A stretch of 64,000 bases of DNA from Candidatus Heimdallarchaeota archaeon (GTDB lineage Archaea; Asgardarchaeota; Heimdallarchaeia; Heimdallarchaeales; Heimdallarchaeaceae), in assembly GCA_019057375.1 (NCBI GenBank), contig DXJF01000035.1:1-64000 (forward strand). The letters are read 5' to 3'. Position 1 is the stretch's first letter; every line of letters starts with the position of its first letter. The translations under genes were made by a program, and so were the position numbers. Below, in pieces: positions 39,166 to 49,537 of the stretch. The notes below the pieces were generated by a model, which was given only the letters and a program-made list of their open reading frames with translations, searched no databases and was not told the DNA's origin.

Positions 39166-39552
39166 ATGTCTATTGATTTATCGGCAGCACAAAAAAAACA
39201 ATTGGTAAGAATATTGAAACAAATCTCATTAGGGTGTGATTTAGAAGCTTTAGCTGTTGTTAATGCAGAAGGAATAAAAGTTGCTTTCTTCTCTGAAAAG
39301 GGAACTGATCCAGATCTCTTAAGTGCAGTCTCTTCTGCAATATTAGCAACTGGGAAAATGGTAAGTGGAAATCTGGCCCATGGAGATTTAGAACAAGTTT
39401 TAATTCGTGGTGAAGAAGGATTTACAATACTAGCAAGTGCTGATGAATATATTTTGATTGGTGCTAGTAGAGATTTGCATAATGTAGGTTTAGCTATGCA
39501 AGTAATCAAAAGATATGTTTCAGAAGCAATGGAAGTATTATCAGGCCTTTAA
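39166..39552 (+). CDS. Roadblock/LC7 domain protein
   Basis: AVVNAEG, LSAVSSAIL, LEQVLIRGEEG.TIL, NVGL. Confidence 0.9.
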   Translation: MSIDLSAAQKKQLVRILKQISLGCDLEALAVVNAEGIKVAFFSEKGTDPDLLSAVSSAILATGKMVSGNLAHGDLEQVLIRGEEGFTILASADEYILIGASRDLHNVGLAMQVIKRYVSEAMEVLSGL

Positions 39553-40004
39553 TTTTTCATTTACAGAGGAAATCTCTAAAATTTCAATCTGTTGTTTAAT
39601 AAATTTCATCAGAATATCATTTCTTAACAGTTTTTTCTCTTCTTTTTTAGAAGTTAGAAATTCATCAATAATTTTCTCTTAATCTTTTACTTGAGAACAA
39701 ATCTTTGAAGTAGACAATTATTTACCTTTTTTACTAGAACCAACAGATTTTCCTTTAATGTTTGAACTTCGTCTTTGTCAAATCATAAGTATGTAAGCAA
39801 TTAAATAAAAATTATTCCTCGCAAATTCACAAAAAAACAATCTAATGATTGGAAAACCATTAATCCAATAATTAAAATATTTATTAGAAGAGTTAAAGCA
39901 TCAAATATCACTAGTTAGGGGATTCATTCTTAAGATTTATTTCATTTTGAGACTTGTTCTCTTATTTCGCGAATACTTATAAGTGTCTTAAAGAATGTTT
40001 TCTT

Positions 40005-40032
40005 ATCCCGTGAGATTAGTATCTCGTGAGAT
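40005..40032 (+). promoter_or_regulatory. Candidate operator: two 12-bp near-palindromes ATC(C/T)CGTGAGAT with 16-bp period
   Basis: Copies at 40005-40016 and 40021-40032, about 23 bp downstream of a TTATAA box at 39977. Confidence 0.45.
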
Positions 40033-40056
40033 TGAGAAAAAACTAGTGGTGAAAAA

Positions 40057-41874
40057 ATGAACATGAAAAAACTTTTTGGATTAACACTGATGGTTTTATT
40101 CACATTGTCAATGGCTATTGGTCAGATCCAAGCTCAAGAAGTAGAAACACAAATTGTTTTCAGAATAGACTTCCTTTCACCAAATACTAGTGCTGCCAGA
40201 AATCAATGGTCGATATTAATGGAAAATTCCTTACCAAAAGTTGGTATAGGAATCAATTTTCATGAATCGACAGGATGGGGTAACATTGCCCCTCGTACTT
40301 GGTCGTATCCTTTCATTGATTATGATTACATTCCAACTTACGCGGGTGGAGGTTATGATATCTTATTCGTTGGTTGGTCCTGGCCACTAGATTTGAATTT
40401 ACAAAGTCTATACGAAACAGATGCAATCACTCCTAATGGAGACAATCACTATCAATATAGTAATCCTACCTATGATGCGCTATTAGAGTTATATATGGCT
40501 GAGCTAGATACAACTGCAAGAATAAGCTTAGCTCATCAATTACAAGCTATATTGATGGAAGATCAACCCTCTATTCCTATAGTCTACCCAAGATCCCTCT
40601 TTGGTTTCAAGGAAGGGATTACAGGAATTGACACACTGTTAATTGCTAGTGGTGGACAAAGAGGTGAAAACTGGGACGATCCAGATGATCATATAATTAA
40701 GTATGCGGTTCCTGCTGATTTGAAGGAATACAACACCTATGTCCAAGAATCATTTTATGATGGTCAATGGATGCAGATGGTGTATGGAGCTTTGGTACAA
40801 AGAGCTGCAGACAGTCATGTCTGGGAGTCTCAAGTAGCAAAGAACTTCACAGTTTCTGAAGTGATTAATGATAAAATTAACGTAACCGTTAATTTAGATC
40901 CTGACATTAAGTTCAGTGACGGAAGTGTTGTTCTCCCCGAAGATGTGAAATACTCCTATGAACTTCATATGACACCAGCTGTAGGTTCCTCAAATTACGG
41001 AACACTGACCAAATGGTTTCCAACCAATGCATCGATCGAAATAATAGATCCAAGTGCAGGTGGGCAGATAGTTTTCCATTTTAATAGCGTATTTAACTTA
41101 TGGGAAAGCATTCTAGGTTTATCAGCTATTGTTGACAAAAGTACTATTGAACCATTAATTTCCGCCTATGGATATGCTATATTTAATGAGGTGCCATTTA
41201 CTGGAAATGTTGGAGACGCACTCGTAACATCATGTGGTCCATTTATGATGGAATCATATGATTCGGTTAATAGTATTGTAAAACTAGTTCCAAATCCCTA
41301 TTGGCAAGATTCTATTTCATCTGGTGGAGTTGCTCCACTCTTAAGTGAGTTTTATCTAACATATGTTTCAGGTAAAGATACAGCTGTTGCAGAGCTTATT
41401 ACTGGTACCGTCGATATCTTGGATGCACAATACTTCCCAGGCATTGATGATTTCACACCAGCAGGTATCGAGGGAATTTTAGTAAAAGACCCTTCACACC
41501 AAGAAATGTCTGTTAACATGAAACACCCAATAATTGGAACTGGCGAACTAACTCCTCTCGGTACTCCTTTAGCAGCTAAATATCTACGTAAAGCTATAAG
41601 TCATGCGTGTCCTCGTGAAATCATTGTTGATCAAATTCTGGAAGGACTCGGTGTTCCAGCTACAACAGCAATCCCTGATTCAGTAGTTGGATACGATAAT
41701 TCACTTGAACCATACTTCTACGATTTAGATTTAGCAATTAGTTATGTCGAGGATGCAGGGTATACAGTATTAGTGACTCATTTCCCAACCGAAACAGGTA
41801 TTACAGCATTAGTGTTTCTATCCTTCCTAGGATTAGCAGCATTGGAAGCATTGCGAAGATTTAGAAAGAAATAA
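40057..41874 (+). CDS. ABC transporter peptide-binding protein (family 5), signal peptide and C-terminal TM anchor
   Basis: QYSNP.YD.LL, QAIL.EDQP.IP, FSDG....EDVKYS, GPF, LRKAISHA..R..I, C-terminal hydrophobic helix followed by RRFRKK. Confidence 0.9.
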   Translation: MNMKKLFGLTLMVLFTLSMAIGQIQAQEVETQIVFRIDFLSPNTSAARNQWSILMENSLPKVGIGINFHESTGWGNIAPRTWSYPFIDYDYIPTYAGGGYDILFVGWSWPLDLNLQSLYETDAITPNGDNHYQYSNPTYDALLELYMAELDTTARISLAHQLQAILMEDQPSIPIVYPRSLFGFKEGITGIDTLLIASGGQRGENWDDPDDHIIKYAVPADLKEYNTYVQESFYDGQWMQMVYGALVQRAADSHVWESQVAKNFTVSEVINDKINVTVNLDPDIKFSDGSVVLPEDVKYSYELHMTPAVGSSNYGTLTKWFPTNASIEIIDPSAGGQIVFHFNSVFNLWESILGLSAIVDKSTIEPLISAYGYAIFNEVPFTGNVGDALVTSCGPFMMESYDSVNSIVKLVPNPYWQDSISSGGVAPLLSEFYLTYVSGKDTAVAELITGTVDILDAQYFPGIDDFTPAGIEGILVKDPSHQEMSVNMKHPIIGTGELTPLGTPLAAKYLRKAISHACPREIIVDQILEGLGVPATTAIPDSVVGYDNSLEPYFYDLDLAISYVEDAGYTVLVTHFPTETGITALVFLSFLGLAALEALRRFRKK

Positions 41875-42093
41875 ACCTTTTCTTTCTCCTTTTTTTTTAT
41901 TTTAACAGGCTTTAATAACTGAAAGAAGTTTACTATTTCAGGCTATGGAAAAGTAACTTGGTTTATTCGTTCTCTCTTATCAGATAATAAGTTTGATTCT
42001 ATTTTTTTAATAAGCCATTCTGCCAGAGAGGAAGATTTTAAAATCTTCCCAAAATCTCCTATCGTGATTAGTTAGAGTATCGGTGGCTTATGA

Positions 42094-45000
42094 ATGGCAA
42101 AGTTTAAACTAGTAAAAGTTCAGATACCAGTCAAAAATACAAATACACTATTGACAAAGATATCTTCTCTTAATATCTTTGAACAAATAATCGTTGACCC
42201 TCAAAGTCCTAAAGAGCAAGCAAGAATACAAACAACTAAAGACATTATGGAGGACAGATGGGAAAGAATAGTGGGGTTGAGCAAAGCTCTAAATATTCAA
42301 TTGGAAGACCTTTCATCATTAAAAGAAGAGGATTTAGTTGCTATTAATAATCATGATGAAGTAATTAAGGGTTTAGACGTTTTTCTGGAAAAATACGAAA
42401 ATCAGATAATAGAAAAATCCAGTGAATTACAAAAACTGAAAAAAGAGAATAGAATTCTCTCATCTTTGAAACAATTCCAAAGCAATTTGGATGACGAATT
42501 TTCAATCGATCTATTATCTTCAAGCTCAGAAACTTTCACTGTTTTAGGAGAAATTCCTAGTGGATATGAAGAAATTATACGCTTTTACTTAAATGAAGTT
42601 ACAGCAGGTCAAATTTTTTTCTGGAGTTCTTCTACAGACAATAATGAAAAGAAAGTAATGCTGTGTATTTCTTTAACTGATTATAAAGAACGTATAGGAG
42701 AGATTCTCAGGAAAAATTATTTCAATGAAACAGAATTTGAACTTGAACTTCTAAAATCCATAGAAAAAATAAGAGAGACAACAAGAATAGAAAAACTTCA
42801 TTCTGAAGTAAATCAAGATATAGAAAAAATTGAAGATGACATTAGACAGTTTTCTACTGAATTAGCAGAAAAAATTAGGTACTATCTAACTCTCATAAAA
42901 GCAACTCATAAAACTCTAACACTGGAAGAAAGAGGTCGTACTACATCAAAAAACTTTACTTTATGGGGTTGGATTACATCAAAAAATTACCTCATTTTTT
43001 TTGAAACTATTAATTCTTTACAAATAGATAGTAACATAGTGATACTGGAAGATGTTCCGCTATCGCGTAAAAAAGAAAGAGATGCTGAGCAAGAACTACT
43101 AGTTAAAAAGCAATTAGATACGGAAGAAAGTAAAATAGATAGCTATATTCCCCAGCTCCCACATACTGGTGAAGGTGGAGAAGGATTTCTTTTTGCAAAA
43201 AAAGCATTATTTGTGAGATTGGAGAGTCCAGAGGAATCATCCCGTCAATTCATTTCTCATTTGCACTCTCTTAACGCTGTTCATCCAGTGAAAATTGGAT
43301 CATTAGATGGAAGTACTCTAGAGAAGGCTAATAATTTGAGACAAGAACTGAGTCAGTATCTATCAAGAGTTAAGCGATTGTCAAATATGCTCAAATTAAA
43401 AGATACAAAAGAACAAAATACTGAGAAATATGATATTATTGATAATTATGACCACTCAAAAGCTTTCATAGAAAATTTCTTGCGTGAAAATGAGGAGAAG
43501 ATCACAAAAGCTTCTGATTCTTATGAGGAAATTCAGAAGAAACAAAGCCAGGTAAAATTATCTCTACCTTTTGAAGAAGGTCTCAAAGAAAAAGGTATTG
43601 ATGCAGTTTTACTTCAAAGTGGTTTCCAAACTGTAACTTACTTGGGAGTTGTTCCTAAATCCAACCTTAAATCTGTGAGATTCTTTTTGAGTGAAGTCAC
43701 CGATAATAATCTTGTATTCTGGGATTCAGAGCCTACAGATTCAAGTTCTAATGAGAAGAATATCTTAATTCTATCTTTAAAAGAGTATGAAAACGCAATT
43801 TTGCGTGTTTTAAATGAATATTCTTTCCAAGCAATAGACTACGATTTATCGCTGGTTGAAAGAAAGGTTTCATTGAAAGACACTTTAAAAGAAATTGAAA
43901 TAGAATTGAAGGAAAGTGAAGAAAAACTTCTAGAAATTAAGAATCAGGCTATAAATAAGTTAACTGCTTGTGAAGAGCTAATTAATGTTGAAAGCAATCG
44001 CTTAAACACCATTGAACTATGCCAAATATCTGAAGGAAAGATTGTTCTATGGGGGTGGACATCTAAAACAGTTTTAATGCAACTGAATAAAAGCAAGAAA
44101 GATTTATCATTCAAGATGAAAATTACTGAAAATCCTGAAGTTCCATTAGTCAATCCTGCTATAACAAAAAGAGGAAAAGTATTTGGAGCAGTAAGAGGAA
44201 TTGTAGGTGGTATTGGACATCCAAACACTAAACAAGTTGATCCTTATTCAATTGTTAGGTTTACATTTCCATTTTTATTTGGTATCATGTTTGCAGATAT
44301 TGGACATGGAATTTTATTGTCATTGGTTGCAGGATTCTTGATATATAAGAAAAAGAAGAATAAAATTGAGCCAGATGAATCGATGACAGGATATCTTTAT
44401 TCTGGTGCGGAATTACTTCTTTTCTGTGGTTTTTCAGCAACGATATTTGGGTTCTTCTTTGGATCATTACTAGGAGACGAACATTTCATACCAGAACTGA
44501 TGCACAAGGTAGGAATTAACTGGATACCAATAATCAATCCGCTACATGAAACAAAATTATTCTTAATTGTTGCTCTAATAATAGGATTTCTAATGATTCA
44601 ATTAGGAGTATTATTAAAAGTTTATCAAAACATGAGATATGGTCACGGGTTTGCATCTTGGGCCTCCCCTCTTTCATTATCTGTAGTTTATGTGGGTATA
44701 TTCGCCATGCTTTACAATATCATTGTAGGAGTGAACGGAATATATTGGCAAGCATTTCATTTTACACTTAATCAGTTACCATCAGCGTTTGTATATCTAG
44801 TCGGACTAGTCCCAGTATTGTTTATTTTAGAGTATATTCATGCTAAGTCTGATGGAATTATGGATGCAGTTGACCACATTATTGCACTCATATCAAACAC
44901 ACTTTCATTCAGCCGAATTATGGCACTCTTACTTGTTCATGCAATCTTAAGTGGATTACCATTTACTTTAACTGGAGTGGATTTAGTGGCAGGTGTATCA

Positions 45001-45297
45001 ACATTTTCAGGAGCATTCCTAGACGTAGCACATATTGATTTGTCACATTTTGCTGGAGGATTAATACATGGCCATTATGCTTCAGCTCTTAGTCTCTCTT
45101 GGATATGGTGGGTTGTAGGAATTTTATTTGCAGTATTCATAATATTACCATTAGAAGGATTATTATCGTTCCTTAACACACTAAGGCTTCACTGGGTTGA
45201 ATGGTTCTCTAAGTTCTATACTGGAGATGGTAAAGAATTCCTTCCCTTAAAAGAAAAACTTGTTTCAATCAATTTTGTCAGGCAAAAAGGTAGTTAA
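42094..45297 (+). CDS. atpI: A/V-type ATP synthase subunit I/a with duplicated cytoplasmic N-terminal domain (1067 aa)
   Basis: DP, FLFGIMFADIGHG, NTLSFSRIMAL (essential Arg), LRLHWVEWFSKFY.G.G; two homologous N-terminal units each ending LWGW. Confidence 0.93.
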   Translation: MAKFKLVKVQIPVKNTNTLLTKISSLNIFEQIIVDPQSPKEQARIQTTKDIMEDRWERIVGLSKALNIQLEDLSSLKEEDLVAINNHDEVIKGLDVFLEKYENQIIEKSSELQKLKKENRILSSLKQFQSNLDDEFSIDLLSSSSETFTVLGEIPSGYEEIIRFYLNEVTAGQIFFWSSSTDNNEKKVMLCISLTDYKERIGEILRKNYFNETEFELELLKSIEKIRETTRIEKLHSEVNQDIEKIEDDIRQFSTELAEKIRYYLTLIKATHKTLTLEERGRTTSKNFTLWGWITSKNYLIFFETINSLQIDSNIVILEDVPLSRKKERDAEQELLVKKQLDTEESKIDSYIPQLPHTGEGGEGFLFAKKALFVRLESPEESSRQFISHLHSLNAVHPVKIGSLDGSTLEKANNLRQELSQYLSRVKRLSNMLKLKDTKEQNTEKYDIIDNYDHSKAFIENFLRENEEKITKASDSYEEIQKKQSQVKLSLPFEEGLKEKGIDAVLLQSGFQTVTYLGVVPKSNLKSVRFFLSEVTDNNLVFWDSEPTDSSSNEKNILILSLKEYENAILRVLNEYSFQAIDYDLSLVERKVSLKDTLKEIEIELKESEEKLLEIKNQAINKLTACEELINVESNRLNTIELCQISEGKIVLWGWTSKTVLMQLNKSKKDLSFKMKITENPEVPLVNPAITKRGKVFGAVRGIVGGIGHPNTKQVDPYSIVRFTFPFLFGIMFADIGHGILLSLVAGFLIYKKKKNKIEPDESMTGYLYSGAELLLFCGFSATIFGFFFGSLLGDEHFIPELMHKVGINWIPIINPLHETKLFLIVALIIGFLMIQLGVLLKVYQNMRYGHGFASWASPLSLSVVYVGIFAMLYNIIVGVNGIYWQAFHFTLNQLPSAFVYLVGLVPVLFILEYIHAKSDGIMDAVDHIIALISNTLSFSRIMALLLVHAILSGLPFTLTGVDLVAGVSTFSGAFLDVAHIDLSHFAGGLIHGHYASALSLSWIWWVVGILFAVFIILPLEGLLSFLNTLRLHWVEWFSKFYTGDGKEFLPLKEKLVSINFVRQKGS

Positions 45298-45298
45298 A

Positions 45299-46291
45299 AT
45301 GTCACTTGGAGATATAAGCTATTTACTAGGTAGAGCCCATGGGGCTGTTAGTAACTTCTTAACCAAATCACAAATAAGTTTACTTTTATCTTCTAAGAAT
45401 CTTAAAGAATTAAGAGCTGCCTTTACTCAAACATCCTATGACAGCATTATTGGAGACCTCAACTTTGAAACACAGATATCTGATGTAGCTAAAAATCTTA
45501 AGAATTCTTATTCTGAATTATTGACTAAATTCTACAAACAGTCAGGATCATCAGTTAAGAAGAAAATCAAAAATTACAGTGAGAGATATCATGCTGAAAA
45601 TCTTCGCATAATATTTCAAGGCATAAATAGAGAAGTGAAGCAGGAAGAGATTTTATCCCGTTTAGTTCCAGTTGCTGATTATTCATTTGATTATTATTCG
45701 AAATTACTTAATAAGTCAATTGAAGAGATAATTGTTAATCAAAATAATCAGACTCTGCGAGATGTCCTCAAATTAGCAAATGAAGAATTTAAAACAACTG
45801 GAAGATTTACACCCCTAGAATCTGCAATAGATCAACACATCTATAGTATGCTACCTAAAGTATCAAAGCATTATGAAACATATGTTAATATGAAAAACAT
45901 CTTAGCTTTATGTCGCTGTATAGCTCTAAACGTACCTGCATATAGATTTATCCAACGCAATAAATTCACTGTAAAGGGATTGAAGGCAACAAGTATTCAA
46001 GAAGTTCTAGAAATATACAACTATGCTCCTTATCGAACAGTCTTTTCTAAATATATTGGTGTTAAAGAAGTGCCATTACATGATTTGGAATTTGCAGTTG
46101 AGAGATACTTATTAGATTACTGGAAAAAGACATTTCGTTTTGGAACAGTTCTGCAAATGGATGCATTAATTGGTTTCTTTGAACTGAAGCTCGCAGAGAC
46201 AATGGATATAATCAGAATTATTGTCGGAATTAGTGCAGGTTTTAGTGAAAAAGAGATTAGGGAAAATCTGCTTTACTATGGCAGTTTGTAG
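45299..46291 (+). CDS. atpC: A/V-type ATP synthase subunit C (homolog of eukaryotic Vo subunit d)
   Basis: Y..GRA, T.Y, NL..I..G, D..IGFFELK..E..DI..I..GI; ATG 2 nt after atpI stop. Confidence 0.85.
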   Translation: MSLGDISYLLGRAHGAVSNFLTKSQISLLLSSKNLKELRAAFTQTSYDSIIGDLNFETQISDVAKNLKNSYSELLTKFYKQSGSSVKKKIKNYSERYHAENLRIIFQGINREVKQEEILSRLVPVADYSFDYYSKLLNKSIEEIIVNQNNQTLRDVLKLANEEFKTTGRFTPLESAIDQHIYSMLPKVSKHYETYVNMKNILALCRCIALNVPAYRFIQRNKFTVKGLKATSIQEVLEIYNYAPYRTVFSKYIGVKEVPLHDLEFAVERYLLDYWKKTFRFGTVLQMDALIGFFELKLAETMDIIRIIVGISAGFSEKEIRENLLYYGSL

Positions 46292-46507
46292 TCTAAAATC
46301 CGATGTACTAAAGGCTTCAGAAGAATTATCAATTTTTCTAGATGTAGTTAGCAGTTGTAACGACGTAGAACTTTGAATTTTGCTTATAAAAGCTACGATA
46401 GTGTTCATGTCATTTATGCTAATACTATCAAAACATTTAATATATACTTCAAGGTTATGAATCCATAAGACCAAGACGAAATTTAGATTCAATAAAAACA
46501 AGTAAAA

Positions 46508-47653
46508 GTGATATCTATGGAAGAGATGATTCAAAATAAACCGCTGGTTATAGATAACGGTACTGGTTTTACAAAGAACGGTTTTGCAGGCGAAGATCAA
46601 CCAAGAAGTGTTTTTCCAACAATTATTGGTTATCCAAAATATCAGATCATTATGACTGATGTTGAACACTATGTCCGCGAGTATTACATAGGTGAGGAAG
46701 CAATTAACCTCCGTGGTGTTTTGAAACTTGTTTATCCTGTCGAACATGGACAAGTTCAAGACTGGGATGCAATGGAGAGAATTTGGCATTATACATTCTA
46801 CAATGATTTAAGAGTCAATCCTAACGAACATCCTGTTCTATTAACTGAACCTCCATTAAACAAAAATCAAAACAAAGAGAAAATGGCAGAATTAATGTTT
46901 GATACATTCAATGTTCCTGCTATGTATATCTCAATGCAAGCTATTCTGTCACTTTATGCTTCTGGTCGTACAACTGGTATAGTTGTAGACTCTGGAGATG
47001 GAGTTACTCACATCGTCCCAGTCTACGAAGGTTTCGCTATAAGCCATGCCATTCATAGATCCGATATAGGAGGTCGAGATATTACAGATTACCTCAGAAG
47101 ACTTCTACGTCAAAGAGGGTATTCTCTATCCAGCAGTGCTGAAAGAGAAATTGTCCGTGATATTAAAGAGCGCCTTTGTTACGTAGCTTTAGATCCAGAA
47201 AAAGAACTAAAACTGGCAGAAAAAGTATCTGGAATGGAAAAAACTTACACACTACCAGATGGTGAAACTTTAACCATCGGTGCCGAGCGTTTCATGGCTC
47301 CCGAGTTGTGCTTTAATCCAGGTGCTATAGGTTCAGAAGAAAACCCATTAGATGAATTAATCTATAGATCCATCCAGAATTGTGATGTCGATCTCCGAAG
47401 AGATCTTTATGCAAATATTGTTCTATCCGGTGGTTCAACAATGTTCCCAGGTCTTAAGGAACGTTTGCACAAGGAATTAACTGAACTTGTCCCAGAGACA
47501 ATGGAAGTTAAAATCATTGCACCTCCTGAAAGAAGATATTCAGTCTGGATTGGTGGTAGTATTTTAAGTTCTCTAAAAACATTCGCTAAATTGTGGGTTA
47601 CCCGCAAAGAATATAGAGAAATTGGTCCTACCTCAGTTTATCGCTGTATCTAA
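46508..47653 (+). CDS. Actin (Lokiactin-type Asgard actin)
   Basis: [82 protein letters not shown]. Confidence 0.98.
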   Translation: MISMEEMIQNKPLVIDNGTGFTKNGFAGEDQPRSVFPTIIGYPKYQIIMTDVEHYVREYYIGEEAINLRGVLKLVYPVEHGQVQDWDAMERIWHYTFYNDLRVNPNEHPVLLTEPPLNKNQNKEKMAELMFDTFNVPAMYISMQAILSLYASGRTTGIVVDSGDGVTHIVPVYEGFAISHAIHRSDIGGRDITDYLRRLLRQRGYSLSSSAEREIVRDIKERLCYVALDPEKELKLAEKVSGMEKTYTLPDGETLTIGAERFMAPELCFNPGAIGSEENPLDELIYRSIQNCDVDLRRDLYANIVLSGGSTMFPGLKERLHKELTELVPETMEVKIIAPPERRYSVWIGGSILSSLKTFAKLWVTRKEYREIGPTSVYRCI

Positions 47654-47820
47654 GATTTTTTTCTTTCTTTTTTCTTTTATTTTTTATTTATTTTACTGAT
47701 TTGTAATTCTTTGTAAACGATAATAGAAAAATCGTATTTTCTTAAAATTTGTATGAGTAACGTTTCCCTTTTATCAAAAGATTTATTTTATTTGCGTTGT
47801 TGCATAGTTTTAGTATATAA

Positions 47821-48177
47821 GTGAGAGTAAAACAAATGGCAGCCCCACAAATTACACCAGAGCAACAGGAAGATATTCAACGTTTTAATCAACTTGTTCA
47901 GCAATTGGAAGCTATTCGAATGAATTTACAACAACAAGAGTTGGAAAAACGCGATATAGATATCGCATTAAAAGAAACGAAAGATATGAACCCTTCTGCA
48001 GTAATTTATCGTTCTGCAGGAAGATTGTTGTTCCAATCAAATATTGAAGATGTTAAAAATCACCTTACAGAAGAACAAGAAAAAATCGAGGTTAGACTTT
48101 CCTCTTTAACAAATAGAGAAAAAAAATTAATGTCGTCTGTGAAAGAATTGCAAGAAAAGCTCATGGGAAAGAAATAA
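47821..48177 (+). CDS. pfdB: Prefoldin beta subunit
   Basis: Coiled-coil hairpin with VIYRSAGRLLF; possible start MAAPQ at 47836. Confidence 0.92.
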   Translation: MRVKQMAAPQITPEQQEDIQRFNQLVQQLEAIRMNLQQQELEKRDIDIALKETKDMNPSAVIYRSAGRLLFQSNIEDVKNHLTEEQEKIEVRLSSLTNREKKLMSSVKELQEKLMGKK

Positions 48178-48221
48178 TTTCCAACTTAGCTCTTCTTTAA
48201 TTATCTTAGGAGCTAATAAAA

Positions 48222-48536
48222 ATGTCATCTGAAATAGAAGATATAGGAATAGAAGCCTTGTCCAACGAGGAATTGGAAGAAATAGCTTTTAATGTGGAAG
48301 AGAAAATAATCACATATATTCAAGATCATGATTTTGGACAGCACCTTACAGATTACAGTATAATTGTAAATCTATCTCAAAACCCAGATAACATACTAAC
48401 TCTAGCATTAGATTTCGACATTGCTGGTGGATTAACTTCCTCACAAATGGAGAATTTGCAAGAAGAGCTTTTCGAATACGGGCAAAAAACTCTCAAGGAG
48501 GAGCTTAAATGTCTCAAGAATTCAAAAAAATCGTAG
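48222..48536 (+). CDS. DUF3194-like small acidic protein
   Basis: LSNEELEEI...EE.I pattern; position after pfdB as commonly seen in archaea. Confidence 0.6.
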   Translation: MSSEIEDIGIEALSNEELEEIAFNVEEKIITYIQDHDFGQHLTDYSIIVNLSQNPDNILTLALDFDIAGGLTSSQMENLQEELFEYGQKTLKEELKCLKNSKKS

Positions 48537-49519
48537 ATCTACTTAATCAAGAAGAAGTTAAGAACATAGGGGTTTTTACTCATCTAAATGCTGATCCTGA
48601 CTCAGTTTCAAGTGCTATAGGTTTAAAATATCTTCTTGAAAAATATGTTCCTTCTTCATCAATATACTTGTTTTCACACACGATGAGTAATCTATCAAAG
48701 GGAATGTTAGATATAAAAAAAGAAAAATTCCTTGATAATCTGGATGATATCAATCTAGGTGCAATTTTTCTTTGCGACACGAATAATTTAGACCAAATCG
48801 GGGAGTTCCCATTAAAAAGCATTACTGGGGGGAAAACCTTATCCTTTGTGATTGACCACCATTCACATCATGAATATACTGAAAAGGTTGACTATGCAAT
48901 TGTCAAAAAATTATCATCAACAGCAGAAATTTTATCACAAATTTATATGGAACTAAAAGTCATACCTCCACCAGAAATCGCCACCTTATTTCTAATCGGA
49001 ATAATTTTTGATTCAAGAAGATTTAGATATATATCTTCGTCTATATTTTCAATAGTAGAATTTCTTATTCAGAGTGGTGGAGATTATGAAAAAGCAATTA
49101 ACACATTGCAATCACCTATGAATGTATCTGAAAAAATGGCAAGAATAAAAGGGACCAAGAGATTATTACACCATAAAGAAGGAGAGGATATTTACACAAT
49201 ATCTTATATTAGCAGTTATGAAGCATCTGTAGCACGAGCGTTAATTGGGCTTGGAACTGATTTTGCAGCCGTTATAGCATCACATCAAGATGATGAAATA
49301 CGAATTAGTTTTAGAAGCACTGTTCAATTTGCAAAGAGAAATAATGTTAATTTGGGTAATCTAGCAAATAGTATTGCAAATCAGTTTAATGGTTCGGGTG
49401 GCGGTCATTTAACAGCTGCAGGCATTAATATCAAACCAAGTAATAAAATTCCAAAAGATAATGAAAAGTTGCTAGAATTCATACTTAAATTAGTTCTAAG
49501 AGAGATAAAGAAGAAGTAG
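48509..49519 (+). CDS. DHH family phosphoesterase
   Basis: H.NADPDS, D, IDHH, STAEI, GGGH.TAAG. Confidence 0.92.
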   Translation: MSQEFKKIVDLLNQEEVKNIGVFTHLNADPDSVSSAIGLKYLLEKYVPSSSIYLFSHTMSNLSKGMLDIKKEKFLDNLDDINLGAIFLCDTNNLDQIGEFPLKSITGGKTLSFVIDHHSHHEYTEKVDYAIVKKLSSTAEILSQIYMELKVIPPPEIATLFLIGIIFDSRRFRYISSSIFSIVEFLIQSGGDYEKAINTLQSPMNVSEKMARIKGTKRLLHHKEGEDIYTISYISSYEASVARALIGLGTDFAAVIASHQDDEIRISFRSTVQFAKRNNVNLGNLANSIANQFNGSGGGHLTAAGINIKPSNKIPKDNEKLLEFILKLVLREIKKK

Positions 49520-49537
49520 TATTTTGGAGGAAAAACT

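Noticed and set aside
39560-39790. Broken minus-strand coding-like stretches (EKIIDEFLTSKK...)
   Set aside because: Interrupted by stops with no recognisable family; may be a remnant but unsupported
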